Assembly (NCBI GenBank): GCA_035646915.1
Contig: DASROK010000472.1
Span: forward strand, 6,600 to 70,599
Direction: 5' to 3'
DNA length: 64,000 nucleotides
Source: Gemmatimonadaceae bacterium
GTDB taxonomy: Bacteria > Gemmatimonadota > Gemmatimonadetes > Gemmatimonadales > Gemmatimonadaceae
In this document: positions 1 through 9,073 of the stretch, piece after piece
Layout: each line of letters starts with the position of its first letter
How positions within the stretch are numbered: position 1 is the stretch's first letter
Notes under the pieces: model-generated
What the model was told of the DNA's origin: nothing
The model's input: the letters and a program-made list of their open reading frames with translations, nothing else
The model's database searches: none
Position numbers and translations under genes: made by a program

Positions 1-38
1 GCTAACTCCTGATGTATCACAAATATGCATTTCCACAG

Positions 39-54
39 CGGCATCCTCTTTGCT
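39..54 (+). promoter_or_regulatory. sigma-54 (-24/-12) type promoter upstream of ku-ligD
   Basis: CGGCAT-CCTCT-TTGCT: GG(40-41)-N10-GC(52-53), matching YGGCAY-N5-TTGCW; GAGGAGG RBS before ATG 98. Confidence 0.6.
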
Positions 55-97
55 TTCTTTCACAGCCTGAAAGACGACTTACTCGAGAGGAGGATGA

Positions 98-937
98 ATG
101 GCCGCGATCTGGAAGGGCTCACTAGCATTCGGACTGGTCAACATCCCAGTGGAGCTGAGAACTGCTGTGCGCGCCGACCACATCAGCTTCCGCCTTCTGC
201 ATGAAGAAGATCTCTCCCCCGTAAAATACGAGCGCGTTTGCCAGGCTGATGGCGAGCCCGTTCCATGGAACGAGATCGTCAAGGGCTACGAGTATGAAAA
301 AGGCAAATACATCGTGATGACCGATGACGACTTCAAGGCCGCAGCGATTGAAGGATCAAAGTCGATCGACATCATCGATTTCGTGAAGGAAGAGGAGATC
401 GATCCTCGTTATTTCGAAACACCGTACTATCTCGTGCCGGCGAAAAACGCAGAGAAATCGTACGCACTCCTCCGTGAGGCGATTCGCTCTACGGGTGCAG
501 TGGGCATTGGCAAGATCATAATTCGCCAGACACAGCACCTCGCCGGCATCAAAGTCGTTGGTGACGCGCTCGTTCTCGAGATCATGCGATTCTCCAACGA
601 GCTCGTAAACGAGAGCGAATACACGTTCCCTGCGCGCGACAATGTGCGGCCGCAGGAGCTTGCAATGGCCGAGCAGCTGATCGACAACCTTGCCGAGCCT
701 TTCGATCCGTCGAAGTACACCGACGATTATCGATCGAATCTGATGAAGATCATCAAGGCGAAGATGAAGGGTAAGAAACCGAAACTCGAGGAGCCTGAAG
801 AAGAGCCAGCGGATACAGGCGTGCTCGATCTCATGTCGAAGTTGCGAGCCAGTCTCGAGCAGGGTGCGGGCAAGAAATCAGCGCGAAGGAAGACACCAGC
901 GCGTACTCGCCGCACGAGCAAGCGAAAGACAGCGTAG
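98..937 (+). CDS. ku: Ku protein (NHEJ DNA end-binding)
   Basis: MAAIWKGSLAFGLVNIPV N-terminus, YFETPYYL, basic C-terminal tail; directly upstream of ligD. Confidence 0.97.
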   Translation: MAAIWKGSLAFGLVNIPVELRTAVRADHISFRLLHEEDLSPVKYERVCQADGEPVPWNEIVKGYEYEKGKYIVMTDDDFKAAAIEGSKSIDIIDFVKEEEIDPRYFETPYYLVPAKNAEKSYALLREAIRSTGAVGIGKIIIRQTQHLAGIKVVGDALVLEIMRFSNELVNESEYTFPARDNVRPQELAMAEQLIDNLAEPFDPSKYTDDYRSNLMKIIKAKMKGKKPKLEEPEEEPADTGVLDLMSKLRASLEQGAGKKSARRKTPARTRRTSKRKTA

Positions 938-946
938 CGCCGAGCC

Positions 947-3730
947 GTGGCGATCGCATCTCGCCGTGCGCCAAGCGCTCGCACTCAGCTCGCCGAGTAT
1001 CGCAAGAAAAGAGATTTCTCGAAGACGGCTGAGCCGTCAGGCGAACGGGAGGTGCCTGATAGCGGCCGTCTTCGCTTTGTAATCCAGAAACATGCAGCAT
1101 CTCACCTGCATTTCGATCTTCGGCTCGAGCTTGACGGCGTGATGAAAAGCTGGGCCGTTCCCAAGGGTCCGAGCACCGATCCGTCAGTAAAGCGGCTCGC
1201 AATGCAGGTCGAAGACCATCCAATCGAGTACAACACATTCGAGGGAACGATTCCGAAAGGCCAGTATGGCGGCGGCACCGTCATGCTTTGGGATCAGGGC
1301 ACTTACACTTACGACAGCGCAGCGCCGGATGACGCAGAAGACATGCTGCGCGAGTCTTACGTCCGCGGCGACCTCAAGGTCACTTTCTACGGCAAGCGCA
1401 TGCGGGGCTCATGGGCACTCGTGCGAATGAAGTACGGTCGCGAAGGTGATTCCGGGAAGCCGCAGTGGCTCTTCATCAAGCACCGCGATGAATATGCATC
1501 GACCGACGACATTGTTGCCGACAACATGACGTCAGTCGAGACCGGCAGGACAATGGAAGAGATTGCGACCGGGAAAAGTCGCGTGTGGCAAAGCAACCGA
1601 GCGGAGAAAGTGTCGAAGACTTCATCGAAGACTCCATCGAAGAAATCGTCTCCTGCCAGTTCGAGATCGCAATCAGATGCGATATCGCAGATCGCCAAAT
1701 CGATTGAGCCGATGTACGCATCGGTTGGGACAACAGTGCCAGGCGAAGGCTGGACGTTCGAGCCCAAGTATGACGGTGTTCGCGTCCTCGCGTTTGCCAC
1801 TCCGGGTGATGTACGTCTCATCACGCGCAACGGGAAGGACAAGGCTGCGCAGTTTCCTGAAATAGTCGACGCGCTTTCGGCTCTTGCTTCGAAAAAGAAA
1901 AAAGCGTTCGTGCTCGACGGAGAAATCGTTGCGCTGATCGACAACGAAGCCGGGCGGTTCCAGGAGCTGCAGAGCCGGATGCACGTGAAAGAATCACATC
2001 TGATCGCACGGCATCGAAGCTCGAGTCCCGCCGCTCTCATTCTTTTCGATATAATTGCCGCTGATGACGACGTGCTTCTGCAGGAGCCATGGAAGAAGCG
2101 GCGTGCTCGCCTTCTCAAGGAAATCGGCAAGTCGACGAGCGACCAGATACGCATTACCGAATCGATCGAAGGCGATGGCGAGAAGATGCTCACCCTGGCA
2201 CGCAAACAGGGATGGGAGGGAATCATCGCGAAGCGTGTTGATTCCACATACGAGCCGGGTCACCGATCGCGTTCATGGCTCAAACTGAAGATTGAATTCC
2301 GCCAGGAGTTCGTTGTTGGAGGATTCACTGAGCCACGGAACTCCCGCCAGCACATTGGTGCGCTTCTTCTCGGTTACTACGATCGCGATCGGTTTATTTA
2401 CGTGGGACACACCGGAGGCGGATTTACTGGCGCAGGACTCGCGGAGATGTACCGCAAGCTTGCGCCGCTCGAGCAGAGCAAATCACCGTTCGAGGAAGTG
2501 CCGAAGACAAACGAGCGCGCGCACTGGGTAAAACCGAAAGTGGTTGTCGAGGTGAAGTTCAGTGAATGGACAGGCGATGGGAAACTTCGCCAGCCGATCT
2601 ACCTTGGCACACGCGACGACAAGTCGGCATCGGAAGTAGGCCGCGAGAGCTCGAGCATGCAGAAGAAAGGGACTAAGGCAGCGCAGAAATCAGGAACGGC
2701 AGCATCGAAATCCAAAGCGCGTCGCCGCATTTATGCGCAGCGCACCCTGAAGAGCGATGGCAAGGCCAAGACTGCGAAGCGCGGAAAGGTGCGGACTGAT
2801 GCGATCGTTGCACGAATAGATGATATCCGTGAATCCGGCGGGAGCGGCAAACTGGAGATAGAGCGGGGGTTTTCGCTCGACGTTTCCAATCTGGGCAAGG
2901 TCTTCTTTCCGAAGAAAAAGCTCACCAAAGGCGACCTTTTTCATTATTACGCGACAATTGCTCCGCTTGTGCTGCCAGTCATGGCTGACCGGCCGCTCGT
3001 GCTGAAGCGATTCCCGAATGGCGTTGGGGGTCAGTCGTTCTTCCAGCAGAACGCCGGCGAGCCCCCCGATGCGGTTCGCACTGAAGTCATTCACACTCAG
3101 GGTGGATCAACGAACGTCCGCATCGTTGGTGGAGACCTCGCGACGCTGCTTTACACGGTCCAGCTGGGCGCCATCTCAGTCGACCCGTGGCATTCCCGGG
3201 TGCAGTCGCTCGATCACGCGGATTACACCATCATCGATCTCGATCCAGGTCCGCGGGCGCCATTTTCGAGAGTTGTCGAAGTCGCACGCTGGGCAAAGGA
3301 AGTAATGGATGACCTTGGTCTCAATGGCGCGCTGAAAACTTCGGGCTCCAGCGGTCTGCACATCTACATTCCACTTCCGCCCGACACTCCAAATGAGGCC
3401 GCTACACTCGTGGCTCAGATTGTTGCAACACGAGTGGCCGAAGCGCATCCGAAGATTGCAACTATCGAGCGGTTCGTGAAGCAGCGGGGTGCCACGCAGG
3501 TTTATGTCGACTACCTGCAGAACATCATCGGAAAAACGGTTGCCGGCGCTTATTCGGCTCGCGCTAATCCCCATGCGATGGTTTCGACGCCGCTTGGTTG
3601 GGACGAGCTGACGGACGATCTGGATCCACGAGAGTTTACGATCGAAACCGCGCCTGAGCGTTTCGCAAAGCTCGGAGACATCTGGAATCCCCAGATGAAA
3701 AAAAAGAACTCATTGCGAGCTCTCGTTTAA
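947..3730 (+). CDS. ligD: DNA ligase D (phosphoesterase-ligase-polymerase order)
   Basis: PE motifs FVIQKHAASHLHFDLRLE and SWAVPKGP; ligase EPKYDG and EGIIAK; polymerase DLDP and KTSGSSGLHIY. Confidence 0.97.
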   Translation: MAIASRRAPSARTQLAEYRKKRDFSKTAEPSGEREVPDSGRLRFVIQKHAASHLHFDLRLELDGVMKSWAVPKGPSTDPSVKRLAMQVEDHPIEYNTFEGTIPKGQYGGGTVMLWDQGTYTYDSAAPDDAEDMLRESYVRGDLKVTFYGKRMRGSWALVRMKYGREGDSGKPQWLFIKHRDEYASTDDIVADNMTSVETGRTMEEIATGKSRVWQSNRAEKVSKTSSKTPSKKSSPASSRSQSDAISQIAKSIEPMYASVGTTVPGEGWTFEPKYDGVRVLAFATPGDVRLITRNGKDKAAQFPEIVDALSALASKKKKAFVLDGEIVALIDNEAGRFQELQSRMHVKESHLIARHRSSSPAALILFDIIAADDDVLLQEPWKKRRARLLKEIGKSTSDQIRITESIEGDGEKMLTLARKQGWEGIIAKRVDSTYEPGHRSRSWLKLKIEFRQEFVVGGFTEPRNSRQHIGALLLGYYDRDRFIYVGHTGGGFTGAGLAEMYRKLAPLEQSKSPFEEVPKTNERAHWVKPKVVVEVKFSEWTGDGKLRQPIYLGTRDDKSASEVGRESSSMQKKGTKAAQKSGTAASKSKARRRIYAQRTLKSDGKAKTAKRGKVRTDAIVARIDDIRESGGSGKLEIERGFSLDVSNLGKVFFPKKKLTKGDLFHYYATIAPLVLPVMADRPLVLKRFPNGVGGQSFFQQNAGEPPDAVRTEVIHTQGGSTNVRIVGGDLATLLYTVQLGAISVDPWHSRVQSLDHADYTIIDLDPGPRAPFSRVVEVARWAKEVMDDLGLNGALKTSGSSGLHIYIPLPPDTPNEAATLVAQIVATRVAEAHPKIATIERFVKQRGATQVYVDYLQNIIGKTVAGAYSARANPHAMVSTPLGWDELTDDLDPREFTIETAPERFAKLGDIWNPQMKKKNSLRALV

Positions 3731-3785
3731 TCTCTGCTGACTCTTGCGTGGCGATGCTGTAAGGCGTCGCCCTCGTTACCTCATC

Positions 3786-4091
3786 TTACCGCGAGCTAAC
3801 CTTCCGCAACGGAAGATCGAGCTGGTCGGTCTTGCCGCCCTCTTCCTTTGGGGGAGGGTTCTCGAAGGTGGCGTCGCTCGACTCGTCCACCATGTGGGTG
3901 AGCTTGTAATACAGGTGGAGAGCGTTGACCGGGGCAATGAAGCTCCGGCGGCCGGCGCGTGAAATAGCCACAGCCTCTTCGCGCACACGGCGGGGCAGGT
4001 CCTGCGCCAGCGGGTGAGCCAGGAGTCTCCTGATTTCAGATGTATCTCTCGCCAACAGTGCAGCACAGAGGCTGTCCAGGTATGCGAGCAT
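3786..4091 (-). CDS. small hypothetical protein with C-terminal QLDLPL motif
   Basis: 101-aa ORF with ATG start and GGAGAG RBS; fills the gap between ligD and nrtR. Confidence 0.75.
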   Translation of the reverse strand: MLAYLDSLCAALLARDTSEIRRLLAHPLAQDLPRRVREEAVAISRAGRRSFIAPVNALHLYYKLTHMVDESSDATFENPPPKEEGGKTDQLDLPLRKVSSR

Positions 4092-4202
4092 CCACTCTCC
4101 GAGACTAAGGTTTCTAATTAAACCTTATGTACACATTGCAACTAATACACCGGATTGGCAATAGGTGCCATAGCCAATCGTTTCCCGGTACAATCCTTTT
4201 AC

Positions 4203-4877
4203 TTAGGACGACAAAAGGTCCAGTCTGATACCCCGCTGGGCCGGCCGACGTTTCCTTGGAGAGTACCTGTAAAGCTGAGCAGGCCTTCCCCTTCCCTCGC
4301 TCCGCCATTCATCGGTTGGCTCAACCAGCCACGCAGCCTGAAGGGCTCGGCGAAAGCTTGCCTTATGCAGGCGCTTTCCGAGGAGCAGCTCGTACATCTG
4401 CTGCAGTTCGGTCAGCGTAAACATTTGAGGCAAAAGCCGGAACGCCACCGGAGACTGGTCCATCCTGCCCCGGATAATTGCAACCGCGCCGTCCAGTATC
4501 AGCCGTTGTCTCGGTGCCAGCTGAGGAACGTCGCTCAGAGTAAACCACGCGTAAACACCGCCTACCGGCGATGGAGTGCCCATCGGCACCAGCCCGGCGT
4601 AGGCGACTGAGATCTCACTTTCTGATGGATGGCGCTTCCCGTCACCAAAGGCGCCGACCTGCTCGAGCCATGCGGGCTCACCGACTGATGCCGATCTCGC
4701 GATTCTGCCGGCAGTCGCTTCCATTGTTTCCGACGGCCGCATCGCATCCCATGGCAACACCCACTTCTCGCGAGTCTCAGGAGCTCTGCACAGAAGCACC
4801 GCAAGCTGGCTTCCAACCGCGGTGAGGAGAACTACATCGATTGTGCTGGAGGGTCGGCGATTCTTGCGATCGGCCAT
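4203..4877 (-). CDS. NrtR-family regulator (degenerate Nudix domain + winged HTH)
   Basis: C-terminal LLPQMFTLTELQQMYELLLG..LHKASFRR..GRPAQLY typical of the NrtR wHTH; degenerate Nudix box. Confidence 0.88.
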   Translation of the reverse strand: MADRKNRRPSSTIDVVLLTAVGSQLAVLLCRAPETREKWVLPWDAMRPSETMEATAGRIARSASVGEPAWLEQVGAFGDGKRHPSESEISVAYAGLVPMGTPSPVGGVYAWFTLSDVPQLAPRQRLILDGAVAIIRGRMDQSPVAFRLLPQMFTLTELQQMYELLLGKRLHKASFRRALQAAWLVEPTDEWRSEGRGRPAQLYRYSPRKRRPAQRGIRLDLLSS

Positions 4878-4887
4878 GATACTGCGA

Positions 4888-4915
4888 ATTAGTCACGTCC
4901 TGTGACTAATGTCAA
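4888..4915 (-). promoter_or_regulatory. palindromic operator abutting the -35 element of the nrtR promoter
   Basis: ATTAGTCAC-GTCCT-GTGACTAAT perfect 9-bp inverted repeat (4888-4910) next to TTGACA on the minus strand (4910-4915). Confidence 0.7.
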
Positions 4916-5015
4916 GTACCGATTTTATTATTAGTATCGAATCGCTAATTAATAGCGTCAGGCAGGCATGAAGTATATACGGAAATTCTTCAGCCGCGTC
5001 AACTTTGGGCCATGA

Positions 5016-6803
5016 TCAACGAACCACCGCTGATCGCGCGATTCCAGTTCCCCGCATCACTGTTGTGCTCTCGAGTGGAATCGATATCGGAAGCCTGCCG
5101 GTAATTGCCCGGGCTCCCACTAGTGCATGTGCAGCGGCGGTCTGCGAAGGCGGGAATCCGCCCCACGCAACTACATATGTGCCGACCCACGGAATCTGCT
5201 GCAGCAGATACGGATTGCCGAAGCTCACAACAATTGGACGCTTTCCTTTTGTAACAAGTCTCTGCACGAACGACGCAAACGCTTGTGGCGCGCTCGCCGA
5301 GACTGCATCCCAGTTCTGACCGACGTATGAGCTTACGATTGTCACTTCCGCAGAATCGGCAGCCCGCTCCAGGCGTGCGTAATCGGCAGCCGGATCTTCG
5401 GCCGCAAGAAACTCGACACGAAGATTCTTTACCGCGCCGCGAAGCTCTCCATTGAATGCCACGCCCGCAGACAGATCCGTCCGCCGGCCTACCGTTATAG
5501 AGAGGACACGGGCATTTCCGCTGGTTGCCAGCGGTACCTGATTCAGGGAATCCTTCACCAGCGTTATGGATCTTTCCGCAATACGCCTTGCCATCCCAGT
5601 ATGCGAGCTGTCCCCAACTATGTAACGAAGCGAATCGAGGCTGACGAGCTTCCTGCGATCGAGCCCGAGGTCCTGTTTGGCCTTGAGAATTCTTCGCACT
5701 GACTCGTTGATGCGCGCCTCGCTGTATCGGCCTTCGGAAACTCCGGCCACCACCGCATCGATTGTCTGCGAAACGTTGAGCGGCTGAATGAGGATGTCGA
5801 CTCCAGCCGCAACTGCGCGCTTAACCGCGTCTACAGCGCCATACTGGTTCAGCACGCCCGCCATGTCCATCGCATCCGAGATTATTATGCCGTGAAACTT
5901 GAGCTCGTTGCGAAGCAGGTCTGTCAGAACCTTTTGCGACAGCGTTCCCGGAACACCTGATGAGTCGAGCGCGGGCATCGCTCCGTGAAACGACATTATC
6001 GCCCCCACACCACTCGCAACCGCTGCCCGAAATGGTACCAGTTCGACACTATCAAGCCTGTTTCGACTCACCGTGACGACAGGCAGAGCGAGATGCGAGT
6101 TGGTGCCGGTGTCGCCATGTCCGGGAAAATGCTTTCCCGTAGCTATCATCCCATTCGCCTGGACCCCGCGGATGAATGCAGCACCAAGCCTTGCTGCAAG
6201 CGCAGGATCTTCACCATAGGAGCGCGTGTTGATCACCGGATTAGCCGGATTGTTGTTCACATCGAGCACCGGCGCGTACGCAATGTGAATCCCGAGAGCC
6301 CTGCCTTCTACCGCCGTAAGCTTTCCCTGCTCGAACGCGAGAGTCGTATCGCCGGTGGCGCCAATCGCCATTTCTGGAGGGAACACCACCGCCCCGCCAA
6401 GATCGATGGCGTTGGGAATGAAGTACCCACCCCGAGCCCTGAACCCAGCGCCAGCTTCCAGGTCTGCGCCAAAAATCAGGGGAATCGAGCTCATCTCCTG
6501 AAGTGCATTCAGCTTGGACGCGACCTCGGTCGGAGAACCCACCGAGATCGTGAACCCCCCAACCTTCTCCTTCTTTATGTAGTCGGTCAGGTGCTGCCAC
6601 TGTGGGGAATCTCCTGAGGTGTAGTCGCCAAGAACTGTCGGCCACACCATTTGGGCAGCTTTTTCACGAAGAGTCAGGGAAGCGAGAACCGAGTCGGCCC
6701 AGTTGTTCGGAGCAACCGGAGCAATTCCTCCAGCACCGCTCGTCGCAGTAGATGAGGTACAGGCAGCCAGCAGCACTGCGCCGGCTATGGCGAGTTTTCT
6801 CAC
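5016..6803 (-). CDS. GH3 glycoside hydrolase, beta-N-acetylhexosaminidase-like lipoprotein
   Basis: KHFPGHG and SDAMDM motifs; lipobox LAAC; GTG at 6803 overlaps the upstream stop, so the ORF-track start at 6974 is probably too long. Confidence 0.9.
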   Translation of the reverse strand: MRKLAIAGAVLLAACTSSTATSGAGGIAPVAPNNWADSVLASLTLREKAAQMVWPTVLGDYTSGDSPQWQHLTDYIKKEKVGGFTISVGSPTEVASKLNALQEMSSIPLIFGADLEAGAGFRARGGYFIPNAIDLGGAVVFPPEMAIGATGDTTLAFEQGKLTAVEGRALGIHIAYAPVLDVNNNPANPVINTRSYGEDPALAARLGAAFIRGVQANGMIATGKHFPGHGDTGTNSHLALPVVTVSRNRLDSVELVPFRAAVASGVGAIMSFHGAMPALDSSGVPGTLSQKVLTDLLRNELKFHGIIISDAMDMAGVLNQYGAVDAVKRAVAAGVDILIQPLNVSQTIDAVVAGVSEGRYSEARINESVRRILKAKQDLGLDRRKLVSLDSLRYIVGDSSHTGMARRIAERSITLVKDSLNQVPLATSGNARVLSITVGRRTDLSAGVAFNGELRGAVKNLRVEFLAAEDPAADYARLERAADSAEVTIVSSYVGQNWDAVSASAPQAFASFVQRLVTKGKRPIVVSFGNPYLLQQIPWVGTYVVAWGGFPPSQTAAAHALVGARAITGRLPISIPLESTTVMRGTGIARSAVVR

Positions 6804-7081
6804 TAGTGACTGATTGTCCCTTGTTTGCTCGTGTCGATCTCGGCTCCAGCTCCAGTCTTGAACAGGAAAGCCGACATGTTTCGCGTCAGGAACGATCTGG
6901 CCTGCGGATCCATCACGTCGAGACCATAGTGGTTGATGAGCATCGTCTGCTGCTTGCCCCAGTCTGCCCAGCACTGCCGGCAGATCTCTTTCACCACTCG
7001 CGCACCAATCGGACCGGGAAACGGTGGACGCTCGAATCCCTCGCGCGTCTGCCCACAGCGCGTGCAGGTTACATCAGCCAC
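6803..7081 (-). CDS. YggX-like Fe(II)-trafficking / oxidative damage protection protein
   Basis: PFPGPIG..I...CW..W...QTMLIN...L...P.AR..L...M..FLF pattern; GTG start at 7081. Confidence 0.88.
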   Translation of the reverse strand: MADVTCTRCGQTREGFERPPFPGPIGARVVKEICRQCWADWGKQQTMLINHYGLDVMDPQARSFLTRNMSAFLFKTGAGAEIDTSKQGTISH

Positions 7082-7083
7082 GC

Positions 7084-7833
7084 TTATGACCTCGCGTACT
7101 GGATTTTTGCGAGACCGAACAGCGAAAGAAGTTTGAGGTATACCCAGCCGATATCGAGCTCGTACCATTTCGCTTTGAACTTTGCTGAATGCGGATCTGC
7201 ATGATGGTTGTTGTGCAGCTCTTCACCGCCGAGCCAGATCGCAATCGGCGAGATGTTACGGCTCTCATCCTTCACACCAAAATTCCGATAACCAACCGCG
7301 TGCCCTACGCCGTTGATGATTCCCGCTGCCCAGAACGGAATCCATATCATCTGCACGCCCCAGACGAGGGGGCCGACAAAGAATCCAAAAAGATAGACAT
7401 CGAGCCCGAGCATCAGGACAATGCCTAGTGAGCTCCAGCGCGAAAGGATGTATCTCTCCAGCCAGTCGTTAGGAGTTCCCTTGCCGTATTTCTCCAGCAT
7501 GCCTGGCTGCTTCACCGCCCTCCTATAGTAGAAGGCGCCTTTCAGCACGATGTTCCTCAAGCCTTCGAGCAGCGGGCTGTGCGGATCGCCTTCGCGATCG
7601 GCAAATGCGTGATGCTTGCGATGGCACGCAACCCATTCCTTGGTGACGATCGCTGTGGAGAGCCACAGCCAGAGCCGCATCGGAAGAGCGGCAAGATAGT
7701 GCAGCTTTACGCTGCGATGAGTCTGCGCCCGATGAAGGAACAGCGTCACACAAACATTGGTCACATGACCGGCGATGAGGATGAACAGAACCGGTTTCCA
7801 CCAGTCCGCCGCCCAGCTTCCAAAATCCGGCAT
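7084..7833 (-). CDS. membrane fatty acid (delta-9-type) desaturase
   Basis: His boxes HRAQTH, HRKHH and HNNHH; GEELHNNHH; ATG 7833 chosen as start. Confidence 0.92.
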   Translation of the reverse strand: MPDFGSWAADWWKPVLFILIAGHVTNVCVTLFLHRAQTHRSVKLHYLAALPMRLWLWLSTAIVTKEWVACHRKHHAFADREGDPHSPLLEGLRNIVLKGAFYYRRAVKQPGMLEKYGKGTPNDWLERYILSRWSSLGIVLMLGLDVYLFGFFVGPLVWGVQMIWIPFWAAGIINGVGHAVGYRNFGVKDESRNISPIAIWLGGEELHNNHHADPHSAKFKAKWYELDIGWVYLKLLSLFGLAKIQYARS

Positions 7834-7975
7834 TACCTCTACTCCATTGTTGAGACGTGCGTTATTGCTTGCGCGCAATCTACCCCGGTGGCGGGACAGG
7901 TGCCATTCGTGAGACCAGCCAAACATCCTCGCCACCTTGCGCCTTCATCCGGCGGCCTCTAGCGTCTCACTCGGA

Positions 7976-9073
7976 ATGACCGACGCGCAAGTCTCCGGAA
8001 AAGCCACAGCGGCGGGAACGAAACGTTTTGCTGATCGTTTCGCAGATTCGTTTGGACCGGACTTTTATCGCTCCACATCGTCCCATCTCCTCGTCTCGTC
8101 CATCGGCATGGGTACATACCTTGGCGAATGTGACGACGGCGAAGATGAGCGCTACGTCAAAGCGCTTTCTGCCGGTATCTCGCATGGGTTGAACGTTCTC
8201 GACACGGCGATCAATTACCGGTGCCAGCGCTCGGAGCGTGCGGTTGGTCTCGCGATGAGACAAGCCATCCGCGATGGAGCCGTCGAGCGAAATCAGGTCC
8301 TCGTCTGTACCAAGGGTGGATACGTTCCGCTCGAGGGTGCACCTCCCGAGTCTCGCGACGAATACGACTCATATCTCGAGCGCGAGTATTTCAACAGAAG
8401 CGTCATGGCGCGCTCTGACCTTGTTGCCGGAGGCCATTGCCTCAAGCCACAGTTTCTTGCCGACCAGATCGAGCGCAGTCGCGCCAACCTCGGCGTCGAA
8501 TGCATCGATGTCTTCTACATCCATAACCCGGAACAGCAGCTCGATTCAGTCACACGCCAGAGATTCCGATCGATGATGAGTGAAGCGTTCGCCGAGCTGG
8601 AGTCGCAGGTCTCAAGGGGACACATCGCATCATATGGATGTGCAACGTGGAATGGCTTCCGCGTTTTCGCTGCTGCGAAAAACCATCTCTCGCTGTCCGA
8701 GCTTGTGGACATTGCCAGGAAGGTTGGCGGGAAATCGCATCATTTCCGGTACATCCAGGTTCCAGTGAATCTTGCAATGACCGAAGCAATCCGCGTCCCG
8801 ACCCAGCAGGTGAACTCTGCAAACGCTGCCCTTCTCGATGCCGCGGGAGAACTTGGAATCTCTGTTGTAGCAAGTGCCGCACTGATGCAGGGTCAGCTCG
8901 TACAGAACCTCCCCGGTGGCGTTCGCTCGCTCTTCCCGACATTGGCGACAGATGCGCAGCGCGCCATTGCGTTCGTCCGGTCTTTACCGGTATGCACTGC
9001 GCTCGTGGGGATGCGGTCCATTTCTCATCTCGAGGAAAACATCGAAGCGGGCAGCGCCGTCATGAAAGTGTGA
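7976..9073 (+). CDS. aldo/keto reductase
   Basis: SIGMGTY, DTAINYR, TKGGY and DVFYIHNP motifs. Confidence 0.9.
   Translation: MTDAQVSGKATAAGTKRFADRFADSFGPDFYRSTSSHLLVSSIGMGTYLGECDDGEDERYVKALSAGISHGLNVLDTAINYRCQRSERAVGLAMRQAIRDGAVERNQVLVCTKGGYVPLEGAPPESRDEYDSYLEREYFNRSVMARSDLVAGGHCLKPQFLADQIERSRANLGVECIDVFYIHNPEQQLDSVTRQRFRSMMSEAFAELESQVSRGHIASYGCATWNGFRVFAAAKNHLSLSELVDIARKVGGKSHHFRYIQVPVNLAMTEAIRVPTQQVNSANAALLDAAGELGISVVASAALMQGQLVQNLPGGVRSLFPTLATDAQRAIAFVRSLPVCTALVGMRSISHLEENIEAGSAVMKV

Noticed and set aside
1387-2247. 286-aa antisense ORF and the many other shadow ORFs opposite clear genes
   Set aside because: No motifs or RBS; expected by-products of GC-rich codon usage.
98-3730. Ku-LigD as a novel system
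   Set aside because: Well-known NHEJ pair with a standard domain order.
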